A DNA stretch of 57,790 bases, filler included, from Sphacelaria rigidula (GCA_964200075.2; 4 parts of 4 records of this genome joined end to end with filler, not necessarily neighbours in it), one strand, 5' to 3'. Positions 23,978-37,460 are shown, counted from the whole stretch's first letter. Notes: generated by a model from the letters alone, not told the origin. Program-made: numbers and translations.

Positions 23978-24847
23978 TTAGAGTTGGCGCTCAAGTTCTA
24001 TCAACCGTTGTTGAAGAGAGCAAATAGCCGTAGCATCGGAGGGGGACGGTGGTTCGCGGTCAGTGCGGGGTCGTCGGTTTTGCGATGAGGTGCGGCCGGA
24101 TCCTTCAGCTGAGGATTCCAGAGCCGGTGACATGTCCGAAAATATGTTTAGGATATCATCAGCATGTACAGTGTTATCATTGCGTACATGACGGCGGCGT
24201 GACAGATGCGGAGCAGGAGGGGTGCGCGCGGGTGCATGATCGGTGATTTTCGAGCGCGTGTGAACGCGCGAAGAACTTGATCTGTCCCGCACACCATCCT
24301 CGTGATTACGGTCACGGTTGGCATTCACCGGGCGCTTTGGAGCGCGCGATAGATTGGAACTGTGGCGTGAACTACCGTCATATTTGCGACCATGAGCGAC
24401 GTTCTTCGGGCGTGTAAAAACGCGCGATAAAGTCGAGCTTTGCTGGGAGTTGCCCTTAGAACTGCCAGAACGGGAGACGTAGTCGTGACCAACTGTCGGT
24501 GTGCGGCGCCGGTCAGAAGCGCGAGCAAGACTCTGGTTTGACGTTGAGGAGGGGCTGGACTCATGTTCGTTGAATGTTTCATTAGTGACGAACGGAGGAC
24601 GCGATGTCGCCGATCGGGGTGCCAAACGTACGGGTTTGGGCGTGGCAGGTGCAGAATCGTCATTGAATTCCACGTGAGCAGACGCCGTTTGATCTTGGAA
24701 CGTGGCCTGGCGGAAAGCCTTAAATGCCTCGATGAGAGCTGAAGCTGGTGAGTGCGACGACGCCGATGAAGTGCGATGCAGAGTCTGCATGGCAGCATGC
24801 ATGGCCGCAACTGCGGGTCCGACATTGGACTGCGCAGTAGGGCGCAC
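23978..24847 (-). CDS. Ser/Arg-rich ORF upstream of gag within the retroelement, unknown function
   Basis: 289 open codons on the same strand as gag-pol, ending in coiled-coil-like SLQQRLIELERQL. Confidence 0.5.
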   Translation of the reverse strand: MRPTAQSNVGPAVAAMHAAMQTLHRTSSASSHSPASALIEAFKAFRQATFQDQTASAHVEFNDDSAPATPKPVRLAPRSATSRPPFVTNETFNEHESSPSSTSNQSLARASDRRRTPTVGHDYVSRSGSSKGNSQQSSTLSRVFTRPKNVAHGRKYDGSSRHSSNLSRAPKRPVNANRDRNHEDGVRDRSSSSRVHTRSKITDHAPARTPPAPHLSRRRHVRNDNTVHADDILNIFSDMSPALESSAEGSGRTSSQNRRPRTDREPPSPSDATAICSLQQRLIELERQL

Positions 24848-27289
24848 GGGACTATCGAGAGTCGTGCGATGGGGATCCGAAACGGAAGCAGCCCGCGTTA
24901 TTTCTGTGCGACATGATAATCGTACGCAAGTTGTGTGCTTAAAAGGGCAGGTGCAGTGTGTCTGGTCGGGGGGCTCTAATCAAAGGAGCGTGACACCAAG
25001 ATATGCTAAGTGTAACGGTTGAAGCTCGTATCCGGGAAACGGGATAATGAAGCCTAATAACGCCTGGAGGGACCTTGGGACCTGATGAACGCGAAGAATA
25101 TTATTCAAGCGAATTCCTGTATGTAACAACAATGTCCGGTGTCTGGTTAATACAACTTATCCAGGTTGTGGCGGTAATAGCTATCAACGGAAGCTCGGGA
25201 TTGCGCACAGAACAGACTTATGGCGTCAAAGAAAGCGAAATTCCAATTGTCTGTAGCAGCGTTAGTACGTGAAAGTCATACAACTCACACGTGTTCCGGT
25301 TGTGGCGTCACGGGTAGACTATAACTAACTGTATTATCCCGGCACAAGCGGAGAAACGACTGGCGGTGTTCAATGAAATTTGTTTTTGGTGAGCACCGAA
25401 AGATCGTGCAGCGTAGGACAGCACAAAAGCTAATCGTGCAGCGTAGGGCAGCACAAAAGATTCCCTAAAGCTTGGGATGTAGACCGCGAGGTCGGACTGC
25501 ATAGTGCACAGGCAAGGGGCACTGGTTTCGAGTGTCGTCTGCTCCAAATGGGCACGTAACGTAGGTCTGGAATGTGACAAACGAGTATTTATCGCGACGA
25601 AACTGTGTTGGAACAATAAATTATGTATTTGGCCGAGAGGGGGCAATGAGAGAAAACTTACAGTCCGTTGTGCAGCGTATTGTTAATTATCACGGTGATG
25701 TACAGCGCTGCTCTACAGCTGTGCGAAGGACACCAGAAGAGAAGAACAACAACAAAGTAGCTGCAAGCGACGAAACTGGAGTGCCGGGACGGGTACTAAT
25801 CTCATGTACAGATGTTTGTGGTCACCTCTTTGGGAACCCGGGTTGTACTGTTCAGTGATTTCGTGAAGAAAAGATACAACAGTCGTGTACAATCGATACT
25901 AAAATATGAGAGCAGCAGATTGCTGACTTGGCAAGGAGCTCAGGTCAGGAACAGCGGCTGACTATGAGCAACAGTGCACCCTGTGCACTGGTGTTCTGTA
26001 ACAAACCTGTAGTGAAAGACTTCTCCTGCCAGAAGCGAGGGTGCAACACAGCCAAGTGCGCAAGGCAGTGCTGGAGGGTGTGTGGCCATTCTGCACTGAG
26101 CGACCAGGGATGGTACCTTGTACAGGTATAGCGCCCGCACGAGCAGTGTAAGGTGCAGGTGTGTATTATTTTCACAAGATACACAGCAACACAAGGTAGG
26201 GTTGGTGCGACAATGCGAGGTGATCCAGCGTGCCGAGGGCGTGCAGTCAAACGCTGCAGCAAACAGCGAGCAGCAAAAGCTGGAAGTCACGAGTACTATG
26301 TACGGTGTAGCGCACAGATGGGAAACTTCGCAGTAGCTAACGACTGACTATGTAGCAAACGGGCTAAGTAGGTTTGGCTACGAAAATCCGAAAGCCGCAA
26401 GGTGAAATAATTCAACAAAGAACCACGCGCACGCAGCTCAACAAGCGGAGATGCAATCGATGCTAGAAGGGAAATGCAATTGCAAAAAGAAGAAGCTCCT
26501 TAGTCAAACGCCAAATGTAATGAAGCTGTTGTGCTATTGTAGCAAGGACACAGCTTACAGTCCAAACTCGGGCTCACAAGGCCAGTGGACAACAGTCAGG
26601 CTGGCACAGCTCAGCACACTGCACAACAGAGCTCAACACAATATGTCAAGACGAGTTCTCCCGCGATGGTTCTTCACTTCTCCTTGATTATCTTGTCTCT
26701 AACTCCCAGTATCCAATCAACCAATCCAACCCAAACCAGTCAATGCGTCTCACCGATGCTTAGACTTCTTTTGCTAAAAAGGGTAGGGTAGCAGTAGGTA
26801 GTAAAAGAGGTGGGGTCTCGCTCGCACAAGGGCGGCTCGAGCCGTCCTCCTCTCTGCTATATACAGATTCACACTCGTACCTGACCAACTCTGAACAGAC
26901 CTGCAGTCTTATATCTTAGAATACTCCAAACACGAAATATCCAGAAATGCAGATAGCCAGACTCGACAACGAGTCTGAAGCGGCATGACAACAGGCTAGG
27001 ATGCGTCTTCATGACAATGGCTTGACGTCAAAACGTATTGAGTAACTGTCTTCGCGAGGGGGTAAAGCTAGGACCAGACGTGCTGCATGAAATAAACTCA
27101 CCGATTATCCAACCTTGGACAGAGTGCAAACAAATTCTGAAACAGGCAAGAGTGGGACGCCGGCGGGGGGGTGAGGACGCGGGAGAACGCATACATAATA
27201 TATATATATATATACAAGGTTCCCCTTCGGGAGGTTGGTACGGGCCTCCCGGGGGTGCCGCAAGTCGAAAATATATCGTCAAGGCTTAA

Positions 27290-27577
27290 CCCTTTTACCA
27301 CGACGGTAGGTCACTTGCTGGATCGGCATCAATTTCACTCGAAGAACGTATTGTGATCCAGATGAACTACCCGCATCGCGGTGCAAGGAAAGACGGCTAG
27401 GCTGATTTTGACATCTCACCCTTTTGGGACCGGAGCGGACTAGCCAGTGGTGAGGGTGTTTTGTAAATCGGCATCATTTTCATAACAAGTGAGAAAGATG
27501 CCGATTCACAAATGAATGACCTGTGCGTGCGAACCAGGGGTCCACCCCTCGCTAGTGGGAGCCCGGTCCCAAAAGGG
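27290..27577. mobile_element. Two piggyBac-like MITEs (27290-~27388 and 27419-27577)
   Basis: TTAA|CCCTTTT start at 27290. The second has a perfect 15-bp TIR CCCTTTTGGGACCGG / CCGGTCCCAAAAGGG followed by TTAA. Confidence 0.8.
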
Positions 27578-27944
27578 TTAAATTACTTACTCTACTCGTT
27601 GAGATGGTTTTAGAACATATGCGCGTTCTCCAGTACAGACTGGTTTACGCCTATCATCCAAAATTGTGTCATAAGCAAATAACACATGATTTCACAGATT
27701 GGGGACGGGGATGAGAACCCGGAATATTGAGATCTTCGTATCCACACCAAATCTTCGAAACATGGTTTCATCTCTTCACTTACTGGTAGCTATTACCAAC
27801 CCCTACACGCCATACAAATTGAGATCTCGATAACCGAAATGTCGGCGCCCTAGGTGAAGACCAATTTTGGGGGATTTGGCTGATCCGATCGGACACCAAA
27901 ATTGACTTTTCACCTACACACTCGGCCATTCGGCCACCCCTTTT

Positions 27945-28849
27945 TTCATTATTGTTATTATTATTATCGTTTCCGCACATTAGTCCGATCTGGCGAGCCC
28001 GTGGTCACAGACGTAGGCTCGCCTTTCCAATACCGTCCCTGCTATTCCTTACAAGACATATTAACAATAGTAAAAATAAGAAGAGAGACGCCACGAAGGT
28101 CAGTGAAAAGTAGCTCCCCCGAGTTCAACGGGGAGAGAAAAGAAAGAAAGAAGAACAAACACACAAAAAGACAAACAAACAAATTATAAACGCCAGATCT
28201 GTCAAAAATGTACACCGAAAGAATAAAGAGAGAACATAACAAATGACAAAACAGGAAAAGACAGGTGACACAAGGAGATTAGCATGGCCACCACGTTAGG
28301 GATCGACTCAAAAATAAAAACAACCCCAAGCACCCTCATAGACGACTACCACAGCTGTTCGGAGAAAGACGGCAGCTAGTGTACTGCCCGAATGGACTAC
28401 AGGTTACTTTTTGGAGGTCCTCGGTCGGCAGTGGGGGAGCTTTAGAGGACGTACAGCAAACAACTCCTTAGCTTGGCGTGAGTTGGTCCAAGCTGTCATA
28501 TACAAACTAGCCCCCTCCCCTACAACTCGAGACCATTCGGACACATCTTAGGGAACCTGCGTCCACGATGTCACGGGTATTCCGAGGTATGAGCAGTAGT
28601 CGGTGATGCAATCAATGTTGCAGGCGCCTTGCGGGTCGGCCTGCCCTCGTATTCCCTCCAACCATCACTCCACGCATGACTATGTTGGGGAGGCGGTCAT
28701 TGTGCATGTACATAACGTGGCTGGCGTGTAGGAGGGTCGGTTTCATTGCGGTGGCTTCAATGCACTCGCAGTGAGTTCGTTCGAGGACTTCGTGGTACGG
28801 CAACATGTGATAGTCAGGGGGCTTGCGGCTGGAGGTATGCTTGTTGAGG
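27945..28849 (-). mobile_element. 3' part of an RTE-type LINE, cut by the contig end
   Basis: EVLERTHCECIEAT...RLPNIVMRG...GRP aligns by eye with the 9280-9654 frame. Ends GTGACCACGGGCT with a (TAA)n-like tail. Confidence 0.75.
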
Positions 28850-28949
28850 NNNNNNNNNNNNNNNNNNNNNNNNNNNNNNNNNNNNNNNNNNNNTTAATTA
28901 ATTAANNNNNNNNNNNNNNNNNNNNNNNNNNNNNNNNNNNNNNNNNNNN
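28850..28949. other. Artificial contig-joining spacer
   Basis: N44-TTAATTAATTAA-N44. Confidence 0.98.
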
Positions 28950-29389
28950 GGGGCTGGTCGTTATGGGGTCAATCCCCTGTCAAAAGGGGATTGTGAAAAA
29001 GGGGATTATCCCCTTCGTTAAGACAGGCCCTTAGCCGCTAGCACATGCAGGGTTGTGCGCAAGAGGAAAAAACAAAGTGTTTCAACCCGAAAAACGCTCT
29101 AGATTTAAAAAAAAATTATCGCCGAAGACACCCGACACCGTTAAGGGCTCGTACAAACATAACTCCCCAGACTTATGGGACAGAGTAAGTATCGGTCTGA
29201 GATATACCGATAAATTGCACAGCCTGGACAAAATAATTCATTGTCGAAAAGTATACTGCATATAGTATCGACTGCTGTGTCTATTGCAAAAGGCAAAAGA
29301 TCTCATACTGTACCCAGTACAATTTTTGAGAATGTTATCCATTGTCCAGGGTGTGATAAATTGTGCTGATATGATATGTCATATACCAA

Positions 29390-29608
29390 CACAAAATTCG
29401 ACTTAATGGTCGACGAGGGAAAGGGAGTGCTGGACCCCTCTCGCGATAAAAATAAAGAGGCAAGCACCGCAGAAGGAAGGCGGGGAACAAAAACAAACAA
29501 AGAGAGAAAACATTTGCGTTGACCTTCCTCCTGTGTGACCCCGGCTGGTGCGCCCACATATACCGAATGGTGTAGACCGGCGTCCAGAATAGATGGGACG
29601 ACAAGACA
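29390..29608 (+). mobile_element. 5'-truncated copy of the tRNA-derived SINE
   Basis: Reverse-complement match to 30543-30750 and direct match to 42278-42500. Confidence 0.8.
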
Positions 29609-30542
29609 GTGTTCTGTCATCCTTTATCTCTGCCCTGAACAGTTTTCTGCCAGGCTTTGAACGCAAAGATCCAGGACTTTATCCTCGTGCCTGTCTAGAG
29701 GTAGATTCCACTTGGCGATGTGCGGCAGGCGAAACGCTTGTAACTCAGGTTAGTATAACCAAAATATACCCACGGTCACCTTCGTAGAGACAAAGGGATC
29801 AGATTGTTCCCTGTAAAATTTTCATTCAGGGAGCGACCAGCTGACAGGGAACGCAGATATCACAAGGGCACAGTACGACTCTGACGCGTGGAAACCGGAA
29901 TATGATGAGGAAATAGTTGTCTTCTTCGTGTAACTGAAACAATTACAGCGGGTATTGCTGTTGATCCAAACGTCAGGCTTGGCCCGGGAAGCACTCTGTC
30001 CTTCGTTCGACTACACGTACAGTTATGGCAAGGCACCGCTTCGAGCTCGGAGTGTTGCAATCAACTTCTCCTGAACACAGTTATGATCCCACCCGACACG
30101 CTTCGTGGTCAAACGAGGACTTGCAGTATCCTTGGCCAACGCAATCTGTCAAGGTGGCACTGTTCGTTCCATTTCATCTTTTGGCTAGCTGTGACTTCGT
30201 AACAAATGGGGCCCCGGAGTTCTCTTCCTCAAGAAGTGGGATTTCATTCTGAAGGCCCCGTGAACACCAAATCTGGTTACATCGATACTGGTGGTCGAAC
30301 ACAATAAGCTGAAAGTGGATGTCGACAAGGAGGGGAAATGGTGCTGGTCATGGTATTTTTTTCAGGTACGAAGACGATTTGCCCATGTCGCCATGGATCC
30401 AGGACTTCTATTCATTACGTCCCGGCAGAACTTGGCGTCTTGAACGATGGATCGTAGCTAGTTATATCTGCTTGTTGAGTTTCGGCTTGCTGACATTCGT
30501 ACGTTGTTAATAATTTTTAATCGCGTGACGGACGGGCATACC

Positions 30543-30887
30543 GTGTGTGTTGTCATCCCATTTATTCTGGACGCCGGTCTACACCTTTCGGTATACGTGG
30601 GCGCATCAGCCGGGGTCACACAGGTGGACGATGAACACAGGAGTTTTCTCTTTTTTTTTTTTTCCCTTCTGCGGTGCTTGCCTTTATTTTTTATCGCGAG
30701 AGGGGTTTAGCAGTCAGTCCCTTTCCCTCGTCGACCATTGACTCGAATTTTGGGTACCCACGACATAGTCGCTCTCCACTGTTGGGCACTGTGTGAGAAA
30801 AAATCCCAGATCGCTCCGGGATTCAAACCCACGACCTAACTATCAGATCGTGTTGAGGTTACCAACTGAGCCACCGGGGCGATCGGC
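30543..30887 (-). mobile_element. Full-length ~345-bp tRNA-derived SINE
   Basis: The minus-strand head GCCCCGGTGGCTCAGTTGGT (A box) and GTTTGAATCCC (B box) is followed by a unique body and a (CA)n tail. Three copies in this contig. Confidence 0.85.
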
Positions 30888-31156
30888 AATATTATAAAAT
30901 TATATTTTGACTTGTACAAATAATAATATCTGTATGAGCTGCTTCGGGAGAGTATTCTTTGCTGGTTGATATGCTCTACTGGATGGAATTTGAGCCAAAC
31001 TTCGTTGAGGGCATAGTTTCAGAGATGAAACAGTACAGCTGTGTATCAACATGATTGTGGACTAGTACGGGGGGACATAGTAATTAATAGTAGGAATATT
31101 ACAAAAGTAGTACACATAATTGGAGGGACGCCAACATAAAAAAAAACACATGGGCC

Positions 31157-31262
31157 TCAACCCTTAGACCGCAAGGGTCGTCCATCGGGATCATGCATAT
31201 TTCTTTCAAGTGAAATTGATGCCGATTCAACAGAAGACCTACTATTGCCATCAATGGGTTGA
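31157..31262. mobile_element. piggyBac-like mini-MITE, same family as 5067-5168 and 7357-7457
   Basis: tcaa|CCCTTAGACCGCAAGGG...CAATGGG|ttga with degenerate TTAA flanks. Confidence 0.65.
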
Positions 31263-34200
31263 TTTCTTGTGTGCATATTCTTCCTTATATTCCTTGTCGC
31301 TGGCCGCTGACCGCGTGGACCTTGCGGGTCATCCGAGCTATCGTTTTTTGAAATCGATGCATGGACGCTTGAGTTAAGCCTGTTCATGTATCCACTCGTA
31401 CTAACAATGTTCCCCCGTAATAGTACTTTGTCCACTACTTTGACTCCGTCGCGTCTTGTTTATGGGGTGGTGGTATAAAACGTGACATCGAGTATTAGCA
31501 TTGTCGTTTCAGGAAGTGGATCATGGTAATAGGAGTCATGAAACCTATAGGCGTAACAGTACGTATGTGGGACTGAAGCCGCAGGTAGATGTTGGCGCAG
31601 CAGTTTCGTCGACCCAAGGCGTTTTGCGCGCTGCGTGGCTTGAAATGATGATTATGCACGATGCTGCGGTTATTCCGAAAAAAAAAAACTTTCTGGTGAC
31701 AACTCTAGAGGATAACGATATGAAATCTGCGGAGGCAGGAGTAGATGTTGCCATCCTTGTTCACATCGCCCTCTTGTCGGTCGAGGCTGGCACCAAGACA
31801 GGAAATAAGTACCAGTCAAGCTTCTCCGTATGTTAGAGGCAGATACCCTTGGGTTTCATACGCCGTGCCGAGGAAGATTTGGCCGCACAACGCCGCCAAG
31901 GAGAAGAGTGTCTTCTGTCAAGGACCATTGGGAACCAGTTCGGGCAGGGGAGGACGTCTCCTCCCTCACAGTGCCAGACTTAGCGTAGCTACCACGGCGG
32001 TCTGAGAATGACAGGAGCAGTTGCTAGAGGTCTCTGTCATCAGAGTCCATCGGATATTCTTCGGTGGTATGCTCCCACGTGAAGATATTTACCGATCTCC
32101 GCCAGGCGCGTGATGGCCCTTGTGCGGAGTTTCACTTGGTTCCAGAATAGGACAGAGTACGAGTTGCAATTTGACTTTTTTTCGCGAACGGATCGCGGGT
32201 ATTCTAGCCCTGTCGAGGCGTGGCTGGCATCGTTGTCAGTACTACGTACTCGTTGCACTGCCACCAGGGACATGCAGTGTAAACTTCGTTGGGTCTTGCA
32301 GTGAGCGGATACATATCGTGTAATAAACGATCCCCACTTTCGGAGTGATACGCTTCCTTTTCCATCCCGCTACCAAATGCGCGATCGCCGGTCTGTAGCG
32401 CCAGGTATCTGTGCTGATATGGATAGGGTATGACCATCTCCAATTGACGCCGCGGATGATGTTATATAACATCAGTAAAATGTCTCCTTGCTAGTGAAAA
32501 GGAACGACACTGGTTACTTCGTTTGCTGCTGCTGTCGCCGGTCATTGGTTACTGTTATTTGTATAGCTCAAAAGTTTCAAACGCTCTTGACACCTCTTGT
32601 GCACGTGACAGCCGGTCTGTGTTTCCATCAAAGCATCGCCGGCACCAAACTCTACGCTCAGGTAATTTATTTCGCCATGTTTGTATGCACTCCCTGTGAG
32701 GACGGAAAGGGAATTATCATGGCTTCCCGTCCGATCGATTTTTCACAGGTGGACGTCTATGCCGGCATTTCCCCAGATTTCCCGTCCTGTTTCGTTAGTT
32801 TTTCGGCAACGGGTAAAAAGTACCGTCTCGTCCCGTCGTTTTGAGGCAACAAGAACAAATTCCCGTCCCGTCCCACATCATCTTACCGTGACAAGTCCTG
32901 GCGAATACATCACATGCCTCGCGGCTCAAAGCCGATCAGGAGTGTTCTATTTCACTCACTTCCATACAATTGCTCAGTGTCCACAAGCTCATGTGAAAAG
33001 GCGTGGTCTCACTTGGAAAAACAGGGGTTCCGAAATGAAATCTACCATGGGCAACATTGGGCAATCTGGGTTGTGTCGAGGTCATGAGTGCCAGAGTCAG
33101 CAACCCGTTGATCAGCATCATGTTCACTGAGGATGAATGCGTGTAAACCACTCTGGGCGATCACCCGTTGACCGCTAGCAGTCCATCTGAGCTTGGGTCT
33201 GCTTCAAATCCAACTGGCCGTACACCACGTTGTGTACTGATTCTTGTGTAACGTTGCCCCTGGTGAAAGTATTCTAGAGCGCACCCCAATGGGAGTCAAA
33301 CGGCATGACACCCGAAATCACGAACGTTCGAAATATCTTTATTTTTTCTTGGATGGGGCTCGCTAGCCCACGCTTTTCTCCAGCGAAAGTTGTGGATTTG
33401 CTCAAGATAACGTCTGAGCAAAATTTTACGACATTAGTGCCCAACTTTCCATCTCATCCTGTCTTGACGTGGTCGCTCGATCGCGAAATGAGCATGTCAC
33501 AACAGGAACGGATATCCTTTAGGATACATATGGCAGATGCAGCATGCAGACAAACGAGGTATCGCTCTGGGTTCGGCTCGGTGAATGAAGCCCACGATTT
33601 TTGGCCCGAGGAAGTGCAGTCTGGCGACCCTCATCCCCAGGAGAAACCTATCGGGTACCCGACCATCAGTCAGTCGTACAAAATCAGAGTTTTTGTTTGC
33701 AGGCGAGTTTCTCACGTGTTTAACGTGTATATTCCTGAAAAATACTAGAGAAGACAAGAAGGATTGAGTAGCCAGAGAAATTACAAAACCGAAACACAAG
33801 AAGAAAATGGGAAACTAAGATCTGCTGCTGTGCTGCTGAGCTGCGTGTTGTGCGCTGTACGCCGGGTGTACACTGTATATGTTCATGTTTGGTATCGTGT
33901 GCTTTCATAAAGCGTTTTTCAGACCTGCGATCGATCAGACTGGCAGTTTGGATGACTAGTACAAGAGCATACACGTTTTTCAGACCCGCGGTCGACTATA
34001 GCAGAGTTTTTCGCCCAGAATATCACAGCAGGCCGCCTTTTAGACCCGTGTTCCCCCCCTACGGTGAAAATTTATGCTCGATTATGCTATTTGCTGAAAC
34101 GCAATACTGTTATGCTACTTGCTAAAACGCCATGCTATTCATAGATGATGACCTCGGGTGTACAAATCCCCGGGATTTTGTCATAGACTAAAAGGTCGGG

Positions 34201-35102
34201 TTTGAAAACTGATTTCTCTGGAAAAAGTCTCTGAGAAGAAGTCGTCTAAAATGACTTTTCTCAGAGACTTTTTTCAGCCTAAAAGAAGCGGCCTTAGGTT
34301 TGATTTCTTGGAGGGGACAAATGTAACGTAACGTGATGTAACGTGTGGGCCTTGAAGCAGTGTCTCGGGATTTTTCAGATGTAAAAAAAGATTGTTTTTT
34401 GTGAACTTGTAACGTGACACGTAACACGTTGAAGATTCACGAAAACAAGCAGAGATTTCGTGACATTTGAAAAGTAAAACGCTACGTTAGGGTTCATTCG
34501 AAGGACCACACGTTACATGACGTTACGTTAAATCTGTCTCATCGAAAAAATCAAACCTCAGGTGGCGTTAAATGACCCGAAGTTACGTTTTCTCGTATGT
34601 GCCACGGTAAAGTCTCACGTATAACGTGTAGACCTCTGGTATTTTCCCCAATTTCTACTCCTTTGTGTGTTTCCTTTTTCCCACCTTGGTTCCTACGTTT
34701 TACCCTTTTATGACCTCGGCTGGATTCGAAGCGGCATCGGCTCATGCGAGACAATCAATCTAACGATCATTCATCGATTGAATGCCAGTTTTTCGTTTGT
34801 CGTTATCCTTGCACAAGAGTTCCCCGAGGTGGGACAGGCGACGAGTGAACACATCATGTGATTTCGTGACTTGTCATTTTGAGTGTGGTGACGAGATGTG
34901 TAGAGCGTACACTCATTGTGCCAGATCGTGATGCATATTCGAATCAGCAGGTTGCCTACCAAATGTCTTGTCTATACGGCAATTGGGGGGCGGCATATAG
35001 CACAAGATGTAGTACAGCGAATACACGTTCATATATAATGATGCACCGTGTACAACAGCAGGGAAATACGGTATCCAATCGTACTAATGCCAGTAGGTAG
35101 TA

Positions 35103-35697
35103 CTTCGTATATCCTCTGTCCCATCAGTCTGTATCGTTATGGACGTTTAATCGTTTGGGTATTTCAACGCTGACGATCATCCTACAGTTGGGCTCATTAG
35201 AGGAAAAACGCTCAGACGAAGCTGACAAGAAGTACAAAAAATATTGTTTTAAAAACTAAAATTATATCGAAATGTACCCCATTTTGGTCCTTTTTGGTCC
35301 ACTTCTACCCCGATATTGACCGATTTTGAACATTTATACGTCGAGCACTCGCGATTACATGCTGAAAAATTGTTAGATGGAGCGTGCGTAGGTTAACGTC
35401 TCGAAGATATCCAAATCAGTGGTTGTTTTGCGGTTTTCACACTTTCTTTCACAATTTTTCGATTCCCGGGTCTCCTATGCTTCACTAGGGAAAAGAGCGA
35501 AAAATGGCCATATGTTGACCTACCTACTTTTTCTCGGCCGCGATGCTGCACGGGTCAAGCACTCACGTTGTAGAAAGAATGTTGTTTTTAGTTGAAAAAA
35601 AAAGGCAAAATGTTGCAACCAAAAAATCGAAAATCAAGTCGGACATCGTTGAGGGCTCGTACAAACATAACGATACAGACTTATGGGACAGAGGAAG
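35103..35697. mobile_element. Stowaway-like Tc1/mariner MITE (a right-end copy also at ~29050-29191)
   Basis: TCCTCTGTCCCATCAGTCTGTATCGTTATG and CATAACGATACAGACTTATGGGACAGAGGAAG|TA; the terminus resembles the Stowaway CTCCCTCCGTCCC end. Confidence 0.75.
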
Positions 35698-37460
35698 TAC
35701 ATATGCATATATAGCATGCATATACAGTAGTATGCCCTTTTTCGTGTAGATGTTCTGTTTGCTTCCTCTGCGGGCTGCTTGATTTATGGGTACGGGTGGT
35801 ATGTTCCTTGCACTCCGTGACCACGGGTGCGAGAGATCGAGCTGATGTAACGAAAATAAAAGTAGTAATAATAAATAGTGATCGGTGGGTTTGTATCCAG
35901 TCGAAAGTTGCATCCTTGTTGGATGTTATTACGAGCGTAATCAAGAATAAATTCGACGTTGCGAGCATTTTTTTTTCAATGCGAGCATAAATCGAGCATC
36001 AAGTCCACTTTACGAGCTTAGCTTTCGGTGAGATTACTCGCATAAAAAAATGACCTTGCTAGCATAATAAGTAGAAGCCTAGTACCCGAAGAGTTGGTCT
36101 CAAAATGACTCCAGTCCAAGAACAGTTCAGCAACTCTCAACTCATGAAAAGAAATTTATTCCGCTCACGATGAAACAGTACCTGCGGTACAGTCAGTGGT
36201 CCGGATACAGACCCCGATCATGGGCCTATCCGGCCAGAGGGCACTGAACAAGTTCCGGTACCACGAAAGAATTAAACATTCACGTGTACTGTACTCGCAG
36301 TACAAAGGTAATCTAAATAGGAACACTAACCAACTACAGCATGTGACGGCAATGCGTGCATGCAAGTGCAGCGATGCCCTGGGCACCTCGACGCACCTCA
36401 CGCAACAACCCCAGGTCACCTCGCTTTTGTAGTAGCGCACACAAGACGACACAGACGAAGCGATAACTAGTAAACTCCGATGTGCACCACGAAAGAGAAA
36501 CCATTCTTACCATCATGAGACCGTCAAAGCTAGACGGACTTGGCGCCAAACCCATGGTTGAACAAATACTTGGTGGCAGTGGAGACTATCACATTCGGAT
36601 CAGTTGGGGGCCCACAGTACTCGGCGTCGGGGGTGGTGAACAGGACGCAATATTGCTATGGCGCACAACTTCACGCTACAGTAGTTGGTATGTAGATTAT
36701 CACATTCAGATAACCTGGCGACCGAAGCAAAGGCGAGCACAGCACGTTGTCGAATTATCATGGTTGAAACACACTTGATGCCGGTGAAAGTTCATTAGAT
36801 TCAAATCTTAAAAGGGCTGACAACCCCAAGTATTTCCAGCGTTTTGTATCGTGCGCACCACACGTTTCTGCTGAAATCAGAGTCATAGGCGCCGGGTCAA
36901 CACACACTCTGCCTGCAGCACCCCCCGCACCCCCTAGCGCGGAGAATCTCCGCATGATTCGTGTCAGGGTTACAGTTGGGGGGGGGGGGGTTCATGGTAA
37001 GAAAAATGCCGAATGTCTAGACTGTGGAAAATTGGGGCCAAACTTGGGTGAAACTCAGGCGGACGAACACACTGCTCATCTATATAATATATACCACAAC
37101 TTGCATGCGGGCCCTTCCCTCCGCATGAGATGATACATCAACAAGTCGGCCTCCCCACTCTGTCGTAGTGCACTGAAATGCGATCCTGCCCTTTCCCGCA
37201 CCAAACGACTCACAGGCATCGGTTATACTGATACTACTGTAGTATCACGTCCGCGCGTGCACGGTCAAACATTGTCCAGCGACATCGATTCCACCTGTGG
37301 AACAAATGAGGAACATATCGTGCGTGTATGCTGTACCGGTATTCCGTGCGCGCAGAAGATGAAACTAAAATAGAGGAATCAGCACGCTCTTAGCGAAGCT
37401 CTTCAATGCCAACACGGGCAACAACAGCGGTGGTGACAACCTCGTATGCATGACACTCAC

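Larger units (their letters stand above)
15795..25010 (-). mobile_element. Decayed Ty3/Gypsy LTR retrotransposon, internal region, 3'-truncated
   Basis: Minus-strand domain order Gag(CCHC)-PR-RT-RNaseH-IN is diagnostic of Ty3/Gypsy. Multiple stops and frameshifts. No 3' LTR found. Confidence 0.92.

Noticed and set aside
30810..30887. tRNA genes at the A/B-box sequences (also 41814-41890, 2040-2117, ~34700-34755)
   Set aside because: No intact acceptor or anticodon stems, and two are attached to a repeated SINE body.
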